Origin: a virus
Lineage: Duplodnaviria; Heunggongvirae; Uroviricota; Caudoviricetes
Length of the DNA: 64,000 nucleotides
Direction: 5' to 3' (one strand)
Virus record (IMG/VR): IMGVR_UViG_3300042544_001887
This document shows positions 8,223 through 19,400 of this stretch, piece after piece. Under the pieces are notes generated by a model. That model was given only the letters and a program-made list of their open reading frames with translations, made no database searches and had not been told where the DNA came from. The stretch's first letter is position 1; the number at the start of each line of letters is the position of its first letter. The translations under genes were made by a program, and so were the position numbers.

Positions 8223-8730
8223 GTATCTAGTATTTTTAGACATTGACGGCGTTTTTACTAGCTCTCGTGTTCACTTTGCACACGCTGCTGCTTATGAAAT
8301 GTGGCACAGATTTGATCCTGTAGCAGTTGATTTTATGAACAAGATTCATGACAGATATCCTGTGGAGTTTGTGATCATGAGTACTTGGAAGGACAACCTT
8401 CGCAGTGACGATAACAACGTAAAACACTGGGTTCATGCTGCGTTTGGCAACAGTGGCTTTCGTGGGCAACTTGCTACACCTTGGAAAACAGATCCTGACA
8501 ACGTCATCTGGCAGCGTAAAGGTGCAAATGATCGTGCCTACGAAGTAAAAGAATATTTAGAACTATACGCAACAGATATAAAAGATTACATTTTGTTTGA
8601 TGATAATCGCTATCAATTCAAAGAAGTGCTAGGCGTTAATCGCCTAGTTCATACAGATCACGAAAATGGTCTGTTATACAAGCATATGCTAAATGCTCAT
8701 AGTTTGATGGGACAGTGGCACGAGCGGTGA
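8206..8730 (+). CDS. HAD-superfamily hydrolase-like protein
   Basis: motif I FLDIDGV, C-terminal FDDN motif; paralog of 14923 and 20422 ORFs. Confidence 0.5.
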   Translation: MKETRKYLVFLDIDGVFTSSRVHFAHAAAYEMWHRFDPVAVDFMNKIHDRYPVEFVIMSTWKDNLRSDDNNVKHWVHAAFGNSGFRGQLATPWKTDPDNVIWQRKGANDRAYEVKEYLELYATDIKDYILFDDNRYQFKEVLGVNRLVHTDHENGLLYKHMLNAHSLMGQWHER

Positions 8731-8762
8731 CATCGCTCGGAATAATAACAAAGGAAACAGAG

Positions 8763-8972
8763 ATGACTAAAGAACAAGTTTTAAAATCGCTACCCACGTT
8801 TAAATTGCTGGCATGGGGAGAAACCGCAGAAACCAGCGGCAATGGAAAATATGTGCATTTTGATGCAAAAGAATCTAGTACACGTATCTTTACTATTGAA
8901 GCAATTCTTGCAGAACTAGATAAGCGTGACGACAATCCTAACCGAGATTCTAGAAAAAAGAAGAAAAAATGA
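8763..8972 (+). CDS. hypothetical protein
   Basis: AAGGAAACAG RBS. Confidence 0.35.
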   Translation: MTKEQVLKSLPTFKLLAWGETAETSGNGKYVHFDAKESSTRIFTIEAILAELDKRDDNPNRDSRKKKKK

Positions 8973-9055
8973 TTAAGTTGCATATTGCTAATTTGGTTAA
9001 TATTTTGTTATCCAAATTGCAAGAGATATTGTATAATAGATTAATAAATTAAAGT

Positions 9056-9628
9056 ATGTGTAAGTTAGTTTTTGTTTATAGTTCTATGAATTCCGGTAAA
9101 AGCCTAGCTGTTCTTACCAAAAATTATATGTTAAAAGAAAAAGGTTTTAAGACTGTGCTCATGAAGCCGGCAGTTGATACTAGGACTGCGGCAACTGTGG
9201 CTACACGCTTAGGCTTAGAAGAGCCCTGTGTTGTACTAGGAACAACTGATTTGCCTAGTCATACTATACTAAAATCAGCACACGACAAGCCTGATTTTAT
9301 TATTGTTGACGAAGCACAGTTTTTAACAAGCGAACAAGTTTGGGACCTAGCTGGCTTAGTCGACAACTGGGGCATAAACGTGTATTGCTATGGTCTACGA
9401 CTTAACTGGCAAGGAGAGTTTTTTACAGGATCGGAAGCACTGATGAAAATTGCTGATGTGCTAGAACCAATCGAAAACTTCTGTCAAATAAATAAAGGAG
9501 CACTAGCATTCTTTCATATTAAAAAAGCAGGTGGCGATAATCCTGTAGAAGTTGGAATGGAAGACATGTATGACACTGCGTCTAGAAAAGCCTGGAAGCA
9601 GTGGTATGACACAAAAAGGCCTCTGTAG
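9056..9628 (+). CDS. tdk: thymidine kinase
   Basis: P-loop VYSSMNSGKS and TK architecture; 190 aa; TAG stop lies inside following tRNA. Confidence 0.85.
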   Translation: MCKLVFVYSSMNSGKSLAVLTKNYMLKEKGFKTVLMKPAVDTRTAATVATRLGLEEPCVVLGTTDLPSHTILKSAHDKPDFIIVDEAQFLTSEQVWDLAGLVDNWGINVYCYGLRLNWQGEFFTGSEALMKIADVLEPIENFCQINKGALAFFHIKKAGGDNPVEVGMEDMYDTASRKAWKQWYDTKRPL

Positions 9629-9694
9629 CTCAATGGATAGAGCAGCAGACTTCGAATCTGTAGGTTGGGCGTTCGAGTCGCTCCAGGGGTACCA
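9619..9694 (+). tRNA. tRNA-Arg (TCG)
   Basis: acceptor gcctctg/caggggt (2 GU), loop ctTCGaa, T-loop ttcgagt, CCA. Confidence 0.6.
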
Positions 9695-9756
9695 AAATAA
9701 CACTTGATCTCTTACTTTGCATAGTGTAAGCTGTAAGTATAGTAAAGGAGAATCAA

Positions 9757-9936
9757 ATGTGGAAACTTTATATTATGGAATCTGAACGCGGTTGGGGTCA
9801 ACGAGTTGACGAAATACTAAAGTTCGACACGTATGAAGAGGCCGATAAATACAAAAAAGAATTTAACAGTAAAAACAATCTTCCTGAAGTGCCTGATTGG
9901 TACATGTATGCAGATGGACCTGTTAAAGTAGATTAA
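9757..9936 (+). CDS. small hypothetical protein (59 aa)
   Basis: strong RBS AAAGGAGAATCAAATG; below ORF-track cutoff. Confidence 0.4.
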   Translation: MWKLYIMESERGWGQRVDEILKFDTYEEADKYKKEFNSKNNLPEVPDWYMYADGPVKVD

Positions 9937-10020
9937 GTCGCTGTGGTGTAATGGTAGCCACGACAGCTTGAGGTGCTGTTGCCGCAAGGCGTGGGAGTTC
10001 GAATCTCCCCAGCGACACCA
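9937..10020 (+). tRNA. tRNA-Leu (GAG), type II
   Basis: acceptor gtcgctg/cagcgac, loop ttGAGgt, long variable arm, T-loop ttcgaat, CCA. Confidence 0.7.
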
Positions 10021-10036
10021 ATTTTAAGGAATAAAA

Positions 10037-10687
10037 ATGGCTCTAACTAGATTAATTGGCGACATTCATGGAATGGTAAATGACTACAAGGCCTATTCTA
10101 TTGGGGATTTTAGTGGTCCTACAATTCAACTTGGCGACTTTGGAGTTGGGTTCGGTCAAAATGATTACTGGTATGAAAGCATTAATTCTTTTCATAAAGC
10201 AGGCAACCATCGGTTTATTCGTGGTAATCATGATAATCCTGCTCTGTGCAAAACTATGGACGGATACATTACAGACGGTAGCATTGAGAATGATGTAATG
10301 TTTATTGGTGGTGCTTGGAGCATCGATAATCCTAATGCACCTCCGGGTTGGTATAAGCGTACAAAGGACTATGACTGGTGGGAGGAAGAAGAACTCAGCA
10401 GTGACGAACTTGAACGTATGATTGATATCTATGCTGTAGTTAAACCACGTGTGATGATTACACATGATTGTCCTAACATTATCAGCAGACAGATGTTTTT
10501 CAACAGTGGATTTCTAAAAGGTCCTGAATACCCCAACCGTACAAGTGCTGCGTTTACTCGTATGTTGGATATTCATCAACCCGACGAATGGTACTTTGGA
10601 CACTGGCATTTTACAATGCAATACAAATACGGACGCACACTATTTCACTGTCTTGGTGAACTAGATTACGTAGACGTAGAACTTTAA
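10037..10687 (+). CDS. calcineurin-like metallophosphoesterase
   Basis: GDIHG, GNHDNP, GHxH motifs. Confidence 0.7.
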   Translation: MALTRLIGDIHGMVNDYKAYSIGDFSGPTIQLGDFGVGFGQNDYWYESINSFHKAGNHRFIRGNHDNPALCKTMDGYITDGSIENDVMFIGGAWSIDNPNAPPGWYKRTKDYDWWEEEELSSDELERMIDIYAVVKPRVMITHDCPNIISRQMFFNSGFLKGPEYPNRTSAAFTRMLDIHQPDEWYFGHWHFTMQYKYGRTLFHCLGELDYVDVEL

Positions 10688-10689
10688 GG

Positions 10690-10718
10690 TTGATGTTCTG
10701 TTGTGTACTTGCTATAAT
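10690..10718 (+). promoter_or_regulatory. sigma70-like promoter
   Basis: TTGATG-N17-TGcTATAAT. Confidence 0.55.
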
Positions 10719-10752
10719 GCAAGTCACAACAGCACATTGAAAGAATCTTAAA

Positions 10753-11076
10753 ATGTCGGAAACTACGTATAAATTTACTATCGGAGATGAAGGCATGGTT
10801 ATTTCGGCTAGCTACGATACTGGTTGGAATGACAGTCTCAATTGTGGCGGCGTTGGCGGCTGGTCCGGAGTTATTAATAGTAACAGCGGAACATACGAAT
10901 TTTACATGAAAAGTATTAAAAGTCTAAACGGCCTTGCTGTAAAAAGTAATGGAAAGGACTTTTGGACCGAGTATTACAATTCTAGCAGAGGTGTAGATGG
11001 ATACACCGTGACTATCGAAGATAACACTATTACTGTTATTGCAAATGAACCTCAATCTTTTCCATGGTGGAAATAA
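10753..11076 (+). CDS. hypothetical protein
   Basis: 107-aa ORF. Confidence 0.45.
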   Translation: MSETTYKFTIGDEGMVISASYDTGWNDSLNCGGVGGWSGVINSNSGTYEFYMKSIKSLNGLAVKSNGKDFWTEYYNSSRGVDGYTVTIEDNTITVIANEPQSFPWWK

Positions 11077-11088
11077 AGGAAAAACAAA

Positions 11089-11325
11089 ATGACTTATATG
11101 GCTACATTGTGGTATGCTGGTGCTGTGGTTATGCAACTAGGTTCGGAAGGACAAAATCTTAATGATTGTGAAATGTTAAAAACTATGATGATCACTGACA
11201 TTGAACAAACATATTCCGATCCTAGTAAAATTGATGAACTTTCTAAATCAATTTTTCCTACAAACCAGTTTGAAGTAACCTGTGAAACACAGTTGCTTGC
11301 AGTTGATGAGAAATACAAAAAATGA
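11089..11325 (+). CDS. hypothetical protein
   Basis: 78-aa ORF. Confidence 0.4.
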   Translation: MTYMATLWYAGAVVMQLGSEGQNLNDCEMLKTMMITDIEQTYSDPSKIDELSKSIFPTNQFEVTCETQLLAVDEKYKK

Positions 11326-11714
11326 CATCTAAACTTTATATTGTTATGCGGCGTGATCTGTGGGATATGAACCCAGGCAAGGCTATGGCACAGGCTGCTC
11401 ATGCTCAAGCAGACTTTGACCTGTATATGTTTGCTGATCCTAAAGCTGCAAAAAGCAAAGAAATTGCAGATGCTGTAATAGCATGGCGTGAAGATAGGCA
11501 TTTTGGCACTACGCTAGTGCTGCACGAACCAGTGGATACATTTGACAAGATTTCAATGAATGTAGCACATTGGGGCTACGTTACTGATCCTACATATCCG
11601 TACCGTAACTATTACGGTGAAGTGTTTCTTCGTAGCGAAGTTACCTGTATGTGGGTATTTGCCTACACTGAAGCAGAACTAAAATATATGAGTCAATTTG
11701 ATCTTCACCGTTGA
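11322..11714 (+). CDS. PTH2-family peptidyl-tRNA hydrolase-like protein
   Basis: YIVMRRDL...GKAMAQAAHA resembles PTH2 signature (VVRxDLxMxxGKxAAQxxHA). Confidence 0.5.
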   Translation: MTSKLYIVMRRDLWDMNPGKAMAQAAHAQADFDLYMFADPKAAKSKEIADAVIAWREDRHFGTTLVLHEPVDTFDKISMNVAHWGYVTDPTYPYRNYYGEVFLRSEVTCMWVFAYTEAELKYMSQFDLHR

Positions 11715-11739
11715 CCTTAGGTCAGCTTGATGCTATGTT
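11711..11739 (+). promoter_or_regulatory. sigma70-like promoter
   Basis: TTGACC-N17-TGcTATGTT. Confidence 0.45.
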
Positions 11740-11771
11740 ACATACACAGAGAAACAACTTAGGCACAAAAC

Positions 11772-13910
11772 ATGATTATTAATTCAACTCCGGACAATAT
11801 TGCAACTCTTGGCAACATTGATCAAGTCAGCGAATTTAAAATTCGCAACAGTGCAAAGGCATTTGGCATTCTTTCGAGTGGGCTTTATGCAAACAAAATT
11901 CGAGCAATCATTCGAGAACTAAGCTGCAATGCTGTTGATAGCCATGTTGCAGCTGGCATTCCTGATATTACTTTTGACGTGCATCTTCCTACTCCGCTTC
12001 GTCCGTACTTTTCTATTCGCGACTACGGAACCGGTTTGAGCCACGATCAAGTCCTCAATATCTACACCACTTACTTCGAAAGCACCAAAACTAACAGCAA
12101 CGACTTTATCGGTGCATTGGGTCTTGGATCAAAAAGTCCTTTTAGCTATACTGACAATTTTACTGTCATTGCAATTAAAGATGGCAAAAAAGGTGTTTAC
12201 AGTGCATTTATCAACGACAACGGTGTTCCTGCTGTTGCTGTGATGGGCCAAGGAGATACCGAAGAACCTGCTGGTGTTGAAGTTAAATTTGCAGTTACTG
12301 ACAGCGACGACTTTCACAAGTTTAAGTACGAAGCAGAACAAGTTTATCGTTATTTTGCACTTAAGCCTAATTTTACTGGTGCAGAAGTTAAACTTACTGC
12401 CGTTGAGTACTCTGTTGAAAACGTTATTAATAATGTTCATCAACGTGCAGATGTTGACTATCGTAGCGGTCGTACAAATCGTGCAATTATGGGCAATATT
12501 GAGTATCCTATCGAGCTTCCACGTAAAAATACAGAACTCGGAGAACTAAGCCACATTGATAACAATAGTCTTGATCTGTTTTTTGAAATCGGTGATTTGG
12601 ATTTCCAAGCAAGCCGCGAAGGGTTGCAGTATACTGAAAAGACTATTGCATCTATTTTGGCAAAATATCGCGAAATTTCAGATGTTCTTGCAGAAAAGTT
12701 TGCCAAGGAAACCGCAGGCATTAAAAATAAATGGGAACTTGCAAGGTTTGTAGTCAATCAATGCAATAGCCAATTGTGGTCTACTGCTGCAAGACAGTAT
12801 GTTAGCAAACATAAAGTTCCGTTTGTTCACTGCTATTCACACGGTCACGCATATCTAACTGCTGCCGATGTATCAATCAAGGTCATCGAAGAACAGTTCA
12901 ATATTTCTGTACGAGCTTTCACAGTCGACGACGGATACAGCGTAGATCGTACTTCTAGTGAAGTTAAGCCTAGCTATAGTCAGACTTTCTCAGTTTGCCC
13001 AAGCCAAAACATGAAATTTGTAAAAAACCCTGAGAATAAAAAAATCTGGGAACAAAGTAAGTATCACTTCAAGACGCAGACTGAGGGTAAACATCTTGTG
13101 TGGGTATTGTATGCCAAGGATCCTGCTAAGCCTGTGCTGTTTGACAAGTTTTTTAAGTTCATTTACGATCCTCCCGAAAACAGTATTTTTGAAGTAGAGA
13201 ATCTTGTTAAGAAAGAAGTTAAACAACGGCAAAAACAAAACAGAAAGATTTCTACTCTGCGTCTTGCTTATCGTCAAAGTAGTTATAAGGACGAGTGTGT
13301 TTGGGAGCCTTATGTTCTCGATCAGACCCAACAACAGACTGAAACCAACTATTATGTTCCGATCAAAGGTTACCAGGCGTTTGACCGTAATAATCAACCT
13401 ATTGACATCAAGCAGTATTATATGCAACTGATGAAAAGTAAGAAAAAGGAATTTCACAAGCTTCGAGTGTTTGGTGTTCGCCAGGACGACATTCCTGTTG
13501 TCGAAAGCCAAAGTAATTGGATTTTGCTGGATGACTTTCTTGCAGTTGAACTTGGACGGGTTACTAAAGAAGATTTCTTTGGAATGATTGTTGCTTCGGT
13601 TGACAAGAATAATTCAAGAATGTATACTTCAGAAAGGATCATGAAAAACTTAGATCCTAGCAGTCCGTTTGTACTGTTTGGTTCTAAGGCAACTACGGCA
13701 GAAAATAACACACTTCATTATCTTGCTGACTTGTGTAAAATTTATGCACCTGCGGTAGACGTAGAAAATCTTAAAAATGAGGCAAAAGCTGAAATGGAAA
13801 AGATTCAAACACGCTATCCTATGTTAAAACTTCTCCGCAACGGTTATTACGACGACCCGGCTGTGGTAGAATATATCCAATTCGTCGATCAACACAAAGG
13901 ATTGAACTAA
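11772..13910 (+). CDS. rIIA: rIIA-like protein (GHKL ATPase N-domain)
   Basis: 712 aa; Bergerat N-box ELSCNAVDSH and G1 box DYGTGLS; size and pairing with downstream ORF as in T4 rIIA/rIIB. Confidence 0.55.
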   Translation: MIINSTPDNIATLGNIDQVSEFKIRNSAKAFGILSSGLYANKIRAIIRELSCNAVDSHVAAGIPDITFDVHLPTPLRPYFSIRDYGTGLSHDQVLNIYTTYFESTKTNSNDFIGALGLGSKSPFSYTDNFTVIAIKDGKKGVYSAFINDNGVPAVAVMGQGDTEEPAGVEVKFAVTDSDDFHKFKYEAEQVYRYFALKPNFTGAEVKLTAVEYSVENVINNVHQRADVDYRSGRTNRAIMGNIEYPIELPRKNTELGELSHIDNNSLDLFFEIGDLDFQASREGLQYTEKTIASILAKYREISDVLAEKFAKETAGIKNKWELARFVVNQCNSQLWSTAARQYVSKHKVPFVHCYSHGHAYLTAADVSIKVIEEQFNISVRAFTVDDGYSVDRTSSEVKPSYSQTFSVCPSQNMKFVKNPENKKIWEQSKYHFKTQTEGKHLVWVLYAKDPAKPVLFDKFFKFIYDPPENSIFEVENLVKKEVKQRQKQNRKISTLRLAYRQSSYKDECVWEPYVLDQTQQQTETNYYVPIKGYQAFDRNNQPIDIKQYYMQLMKSKKKEFHKLRVFGVRQDDIPVVESQSNWILLDDFLAVELGRVTKEDFFGMIVASVDKNNSRMYTSERIMKNLDPSSPFVLFGSKATTAENNTLHYLADLCKIYAPAVDVENLKNEAKAEMEKIQTRYPMLKLLRNGYYDDPAVVEYIQFVDQHKGLN

Positions 13911-14740
13911 TGTTTCCGTATATGATTCAAGGCAATAACATTGTTGTAGTTATCGGTACTCAACCGCATACTATCAACAAAACCCATGTTGCATACGAAA
14001 AGGTCAAAAACGCTATTCGTAATAACGACTGGGATACCGTAAAGAAAATTATCGACCCTGAGAAGGTTGTTCTCGATTATGGCAGCGGTCGTGTTGCTGT
14101 GCAAGGAGACAAGCTGTTCTGGGACGGTGTTGAAATGCACAACGCTCTGTCACGCCGCATGATTCAAATGCTGCAAGAAGACTTCCCGATTGAGCCGCTG
14201 GTTAAGTTTATGGAAAACCTCCACGAAAACCCGAGCTTCCGTGCAGTTAACGAACTGTATGGCTTCCTTGAAAAGAACAGCCTGCCGATTACTCCGGACG
14301 GTCACTTCCTTGCTTACAAGAAGGTGCGTGACGACTTTATGGACGTACACTCGGGCACTGTGTCTAACAAGCCTGCTTATGCGTTTACGGACGAAGAAAA
14401 AGCTGCTATGCCGTTAACTTCGGGTAAGAAAAAAGAAGTTTCTGTTGCACTCGAAAATGGTGTAACTGTTATCTCGATGCCGCGTAACATGGTCAATGAC
14501 GATAAGAATCAGACTTGCAGCGAAGGTTTGCACTTCTGCTCTAAAGAGTACTTGGGTCACTTCGGTGGTGAACGAATCGTGATCCTTAAAATTAACCCGC
14601 GTGATGTTGTTAGTATTCCTTCGGATTACAACAACAGCAAGGGTCGTGCTTGCCGTTACGAGATTGCTGGCGAACTTGGCGTTGATCCTGATACTGCATT
14701 TACTGCTGCTGTACAGGAAAATGCTAACACAGAAGCATAA
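13910..14740 (+). CDS. rIIB: rIIB-like protein
   Basis: 276 aa, start overlaps rIIA-like stop; position/size only. Confidence 0.4.
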   Translation: MFPYMIQGNNIVVVIGTQPHTINKTHVAYEKVKNAIRNNDWDTVKKIIDPEKVVLDYGSGRVAVQGDKLFWDGVEMHNALSRRMIQMLQEDFPIEPLVKFMENLHENPSFRAVNELYGFLEKNSLPITPDGHFLAYKKVRDDFMDVHSGTVSNKPAYAFTDEEKAAMPLTSGKKKEVSVALENGVTVISMPRNMVNDDKNQTCSEGLHFCSKEYLGHFGGERIVILKINPRDVVSIPSDYNNSKGRACRYEIAGELGVDPDTAFTAAVQENANTEA

Positions 14741-14864
14741 TATGAAATTAGCTATTGTAATGATAGTCTCGTACATCCCGTTTTTTTACGGGATGTACAA
14801 AATGTATAAAGAAGAACAAGCCGAAAAAAATAGCCATCGTCCTAAGTCTTCTTCTAAAAATACT

Positions 14865-14893
14865 TGACAAGCTTATTGTAGTTATATAGTGTA
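14865..14893 (+). promoter_or_regulatory. possible sigma70 promoter
   Basis: TTGACA with ambiguous -10 (tatata/tgtataaac). Confidence 0.3.
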
Positions 14894-14922
14894 TAAACAA
14901 CGTAACACATAGAGGATTTAAA

Positions 14923-15366
14923 ATGTTAATCGTATTTGATATTGATGGAACACTGGCTAACATCGAGCATCGTTTGGACTATGTTCGTAGCAAGCCCAAG
15001 AACTGGGCTGCGTTTGATGCTGGCATTCCGAATGATAAAGTAAACGAGCCTGTAGCAGAAGCATTCCGCTCGCTGTCTGCATTTAACACTATCATTCTTG
15101 CGAGTGGGCGGAATGAGCGTAGTCGCTCTGCTACTGAAAAGTGGCTACAGAGCAATGGGTTTTATGAATACGAAAAACTCTACATGCGTAAGGCAGACGA
15201 CTTTCGCGGTGACGACATTGTGAAGCAGGAAATCCTGGATCAAATCGTTGCTGACTACGGTAAGAAGCCGGACATGGTGTTCGACGACAGGCCTCGCGTG
15301 GTTCGCATGTGGCGTGATAACGGTATCTTTGTGTTTAACGTATACCAAGGTGAGGAGGACTTCTAA
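14923..15366 (+). CDS. HAD-family phosphatase (PNK-phosphatase/5'-nucleotidase-like)
   Basis: motif I FDIDGT, SGR, MVFDDRP. Confidence 0.55.
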   Translation: MLIVFDIDGTLANIEHRLDYVRSKPKNWAAFDAGIPNDKVNEPVAEAFRSLSAFNTIILASGRNERSRSATEKWLQSNGFYEYEKLYMRKADDFRGDDIVKQEILDQIVADYGKKPDMVFDDRPRVVRMWRDNGIFVFNVYQGEEDF

Positions 15367-15663
15367 ATGACCGAAAAAACTGTAGATGAACGTATTCGTC
15401 AGCATTACCAAGTAAATAAAGGCGAATGGCTTGTTGAAAAAGGCAAAGTGAAAGAGGCAAAGCTGCTGAAAGAAGCTTGCGAAACAATTGAACGTCTGCG
15501 TAATCAAGCTGCTAATTCTGAGCGTCTTTATTGGGAAATGCTTAGAAAAACAGAGGCAAAACAGTCTGAGCTTTCAAAGCGTGAAAAGGATATTGCAGAG
15601 CGTGAAGAAAAGTTTGAGGCTCGCAAGGCTTCTTTCATTCGAGATTTTGAAAAATGGGTGTAA
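15367..15663 (+). CDS. hypothetical coiled-coil protein
   Basis: 98 aa, charged heptads. Confidence 0.45.
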   Translation: MTEKTVDERIRQHYQVNKGEWLVEKGKVKEAKLLKEACETIERLRNQAANSERLYWEMLRKTEAKQSELSKREKDIAEREEKFEARKASFIRDFEKWV

Positions 15664-15705
15664 GCTAAAGCATATACTATGATTGCATAGCATTAATGCT
15701 ATTTT

Positions 15706-15738
15706 AAAGCCTGGTTAAACTCCAGGCTTTTCTTTTGG
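15706..15738. terminator. intrinsic terminator (possibly bidirectional)
   Basis: aagcctgg/ccaggctt stem then TTCTTTT; lies between convergent genes. Confidence 0.6.
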
Positions 15739-16446
15739 TTCTAGCGTGGTTTGTTGAGGCGGCGGAGCAGGTTGTTGTGCTGCTCGGTCTCTTGAACGAT
15801 TTCTTGCTTGTAGTTCGTTATCAATCCATGCTTGTGCAGTAGGATTCTTAACTGGTGTATTAAGCCATCTGCGTATAGGACGTTCGACTCTATTAAAATT
15901 AGGCTGTTCGCCGTTGTTATCTACTACAAAAAATCTATCGCCGAATAAAGTTTTTAATTGTTCAGCACCTTGCTGTATTCTATCATATGTCGTTTTTATG
16001 AAATTGTGATCTATTTCTCTACCGTAGTCCGGACCAGGCACTTGAGCTCTTCTTTCAGCTCGTTCGATACTGGTTTCTAGTGTAACATCAACAAACACCA
16101 TTATGGTTTCGTAACCTCTAGACTCTAATGTTTCTTTGATTTCCTTAATTACATTTGGATTTTTTGCTGTTCCGTTAACGATTAAGCCCATTCTACCTTT
16201 TTGTGATAATTCGTCTTCTTTTCTATAATGCTGCCAAAATTTTTCGTAATCTTGTGGTTGGCCTTTTTTCTGGTAAAGTGTCCAAAATTTATCTACATTT
16301 AGTTCTTTTAAGCCACTGCCTCTAAATAAACGACTAACTACTGTGCTTTTACCTGCGCCGGGAGCACCGGCCATAAAAACAGCCTTGAAAATGTTAGGAT
16401 CGTACACGCCCTCTTTTGTAATTTGGGTGATTTCGTTAATCTTCAT
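15715..16446 (-). CDS. P-loop kinase (zeta-toxin/PNK-like NTPase)
   Basis: Walker A GAPGAGKST; IVNGT motif; 243 aa; rare minus-strand gene. Confidence 0.5.
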   Translation of the reverse strand: MKINEITQITKEGVYDPNIFKAVFMAGAPGAGKSTVVSRLFRGSGLKELNVDKFWTLYQKKGQPQDYEKFWQHYRKEDELSQKGRMGLIVNGTAKNPNVIKEIKETLESRGYETIMVFVDVTLETSIERAERRAQVPGPDYGREIDHNFIKTTYDRIQQGAEQLKTLFGDRFFVVDNNGEQPNFNRVERPIRRWLNTPVKNPTAQAWIDNELQARNRSRDRAAQQPAPPPQQTTLEPKEKPGV

Positions 16447-16475
16447 ACTATATTTATGTTTGAAATAAATATAAT

Positions 16476-19400
16476 ATGAGATTAAGAAACCTTTTTGAAG
16501 TACAAGTGCAACCAGGTGAACGCAGAGGATTTTCGCTGCGGTTGAAGCGTCTTGAAGATTTGCAAGTAAAAATTGCAGAAATACAAAATACTATAAGCGA
16601 ACTTGGTAATGTTAGCGTTCCAGAAAACTTAAAAAAACAAATGGAAGATCTTATCGATGCTGCTAAAATAGAAAAAGAAAAAATCTATGCAGAAGTATCT
16701 GACGCAGAAGTAAAAAATCCAAGAATTCAAGGAATACCTGGATCTGTCATGAAGTTACTTAGAGGCATAGAAAAAAATGCTTCAACTATAATGAACGCAT
16801 ACAGAAAAACTGGAAAATATCTCTATAGAGGAATCAAATCTTCCGAAGACGCACTTTATGGAAAACCTTTTGACATCAGAAAAGCCAAGGATAGTAATGT
16901 AGATTTAAGTAATGCATTAAATCAATCCTTAGCAGACCAAGGATTTAATGCTAGAAGAGACAACACTACTTTTACTTCTGGTTCTTATAATCAGGCTAGT
17001 AATTACGGTACTGTGTATATAATATTTCCTAGAGATGGGTTCTCATTCCATTACAGTAAAAAGATAAGAGACCTTGTTTTAGATACCGGCAAGATTGATA
17101 TGTTACTGGATCCCGAAATAACAGGTTATATCGAAAGTGCTATACGTTCTAACTGGAGCAATCTCAAAAACTATTTTTCTTATAAATTTAGTGGAGATAA
17201 ATTCTTTACAGGTTATGAATATCAAAAAGATTTAGATGGGTTACAACGTGCAGTAGCAGACGGTGTGCTTCCACAAGAATTTGCAAAATATAAGACTTTT
17301 TATGATCTAGTTGATCCTGCAAAAGTTATAGCTAATTTTCAATACAATCAAACTGATCTCGACAGTGCTATAACTTCCGAACATGAAGTCATGATTACAG
17401 GACCGTATTATGCTGTTAAAACAGAGTCCTTTCAAGATTATATTGACAAATATATTAAAATGACAGCAAATGGTGAATTTGATGTCACTCCAGATAACAA
17501 AAAAGAAAAAACTACTTTAAATCAAAAAATACAATCTATAGTAGGCGGTTCCGCGCCTGAGTTTGCAATAGGAGATTGGGTGCAGCATAAGTACGAAGGA
17601 TTTAAAGGTGAAGTTGTTGACTATTACCATACCAATGACTTTGTTCAAATTAAAGATTATGCCGGAAAACTAAAATTAGTCAATAAGAAAAATATTGATA
17701 AAATTAAAACTCCTGAGATGCCCGACTACCAGCCCGGCGATAAAGTTTATCTAAGAACAAAAGACACAGAATGGGAATATTATAATAATAAAAAATACAA
17801 GGTAGTAGACTCTGATAAGTTTACCGTAACAGTTCAAAAAGGCAGTTACGACACCACAATTACATTACCTAAATTGTTAACCGAACCTGCTCCTAAATTT
17901 GATACCAAAGATCCAAGTGTAGGAGACACAGTTCATGTTACCAAGGGCGATTTTGAAAACATGTACGGAACTATTACATATGTTTCTAGTTACAGTAAAG
18001 ATATTGATGTTGACTTCGGAGACAGCGATTCGCACACTGTTCAAAAAGGATCTTACGAAGTTATTGATCCTGCAACAAAACCTGCAGATGCAAACTCTAT
18101 TGCATCAAAGTTTAAAGAAGGTGATTACGTTAGAATCTCTGACGACGGGTTTGATTACAGTGGTCTTGTAGCGGTAATTAATAAACCTGGTTTATCAAAA
18201 TCAAGAGTATATCCGTTCGGCGAAAAAAGTTATGCTTTAAGTATAAAAAATTCTAGATTAAAAGCTATTGATGAAGATGAATTTAAAAAACAATCGTTTA
18301 GCATAACAGATCAAGTAGTTGTATCTGGCGGCAAGCATGATGGAAAGAGTGGAAAACTTAATTATGTAAGCTTTGATGGAACTATGGAAATAGTTGTCAG
18401 TAGTGGTAACACCATAGAAGTACCCGGAAAATATGTTTTTAATCAAAACGTAAATGGTTCTCCTGAAAATAACGAGAATAAAGAAACAATTAAAAAAGGT
18501 GATTTTGTAAAAATCTCAGACGACTCGGACTTGTTCCCAGGTTCTGTAGCAAAAGTAGTTGTAAAGAATTCCGGCGAAAAATCTACAATATTAGTAAACA
18601 ACGACAACAATCTCGATTATATTATTGATACAAAATATCTAACCAAGATTGATGAAAATGAATTTAACAATAAAAAGCTGTCAACCGGCGACGAAGTCAA
18701 TGTCACAGACGGATATTATAAAGGAAAAACTGGAAAAATAAAATCGTTTGGGACTGATGGTCCTGTAAGAGTTGATATAACTTCGCCGTCCACAGGGGAT
18801 ACATTTACAATTAAGGTACTTCCACAATACTTGGAAAAAATAAATCAAAGCAGTGACGACTTAATTGATTTAATGGATCTTGAGTTTGAACCGATGGACG
18901 AGCCTACTGATTTTAAAAATAATGAAACTAAAAAATTTAAAGTCGGCGACAGCGTAAAAGTAATTAATGGTAAACACAAAGGAAAAACTGGAAAAATAAA
19001 TTACCTATATACGTATACAAAAGAAGCGTATGTTGACTTCGACGGTGAATATCACGACATTGAGTTAAAAGACTTAGAGTTAGACAAAGAAGAATCAAAA
19101 ACTGATAGCAATTTTAACAAAGACGAATTAAAAAAGCTAATCAGTCAAGGAAAAGAAAAAGGTTTTATAACCTATAATCAACTAAACGATGTAGTGCCTT
19201 CGGACAAAGTTACTTCTGAAGAAATTGAAGATATAATGGATATGTTAAATGAATTAGGAATCAATTTAGTTGATGCTGAAAAAGACTCGGCTCCATCAGG
19301 TGAAACTCCACAGGAATTACAAGCAAGAATAAACGATCCAGATACAAAAGCGTTCCTTAAACAAGCATTTGCAGATCCTGATGTAAAAGAACTAGTGAGT

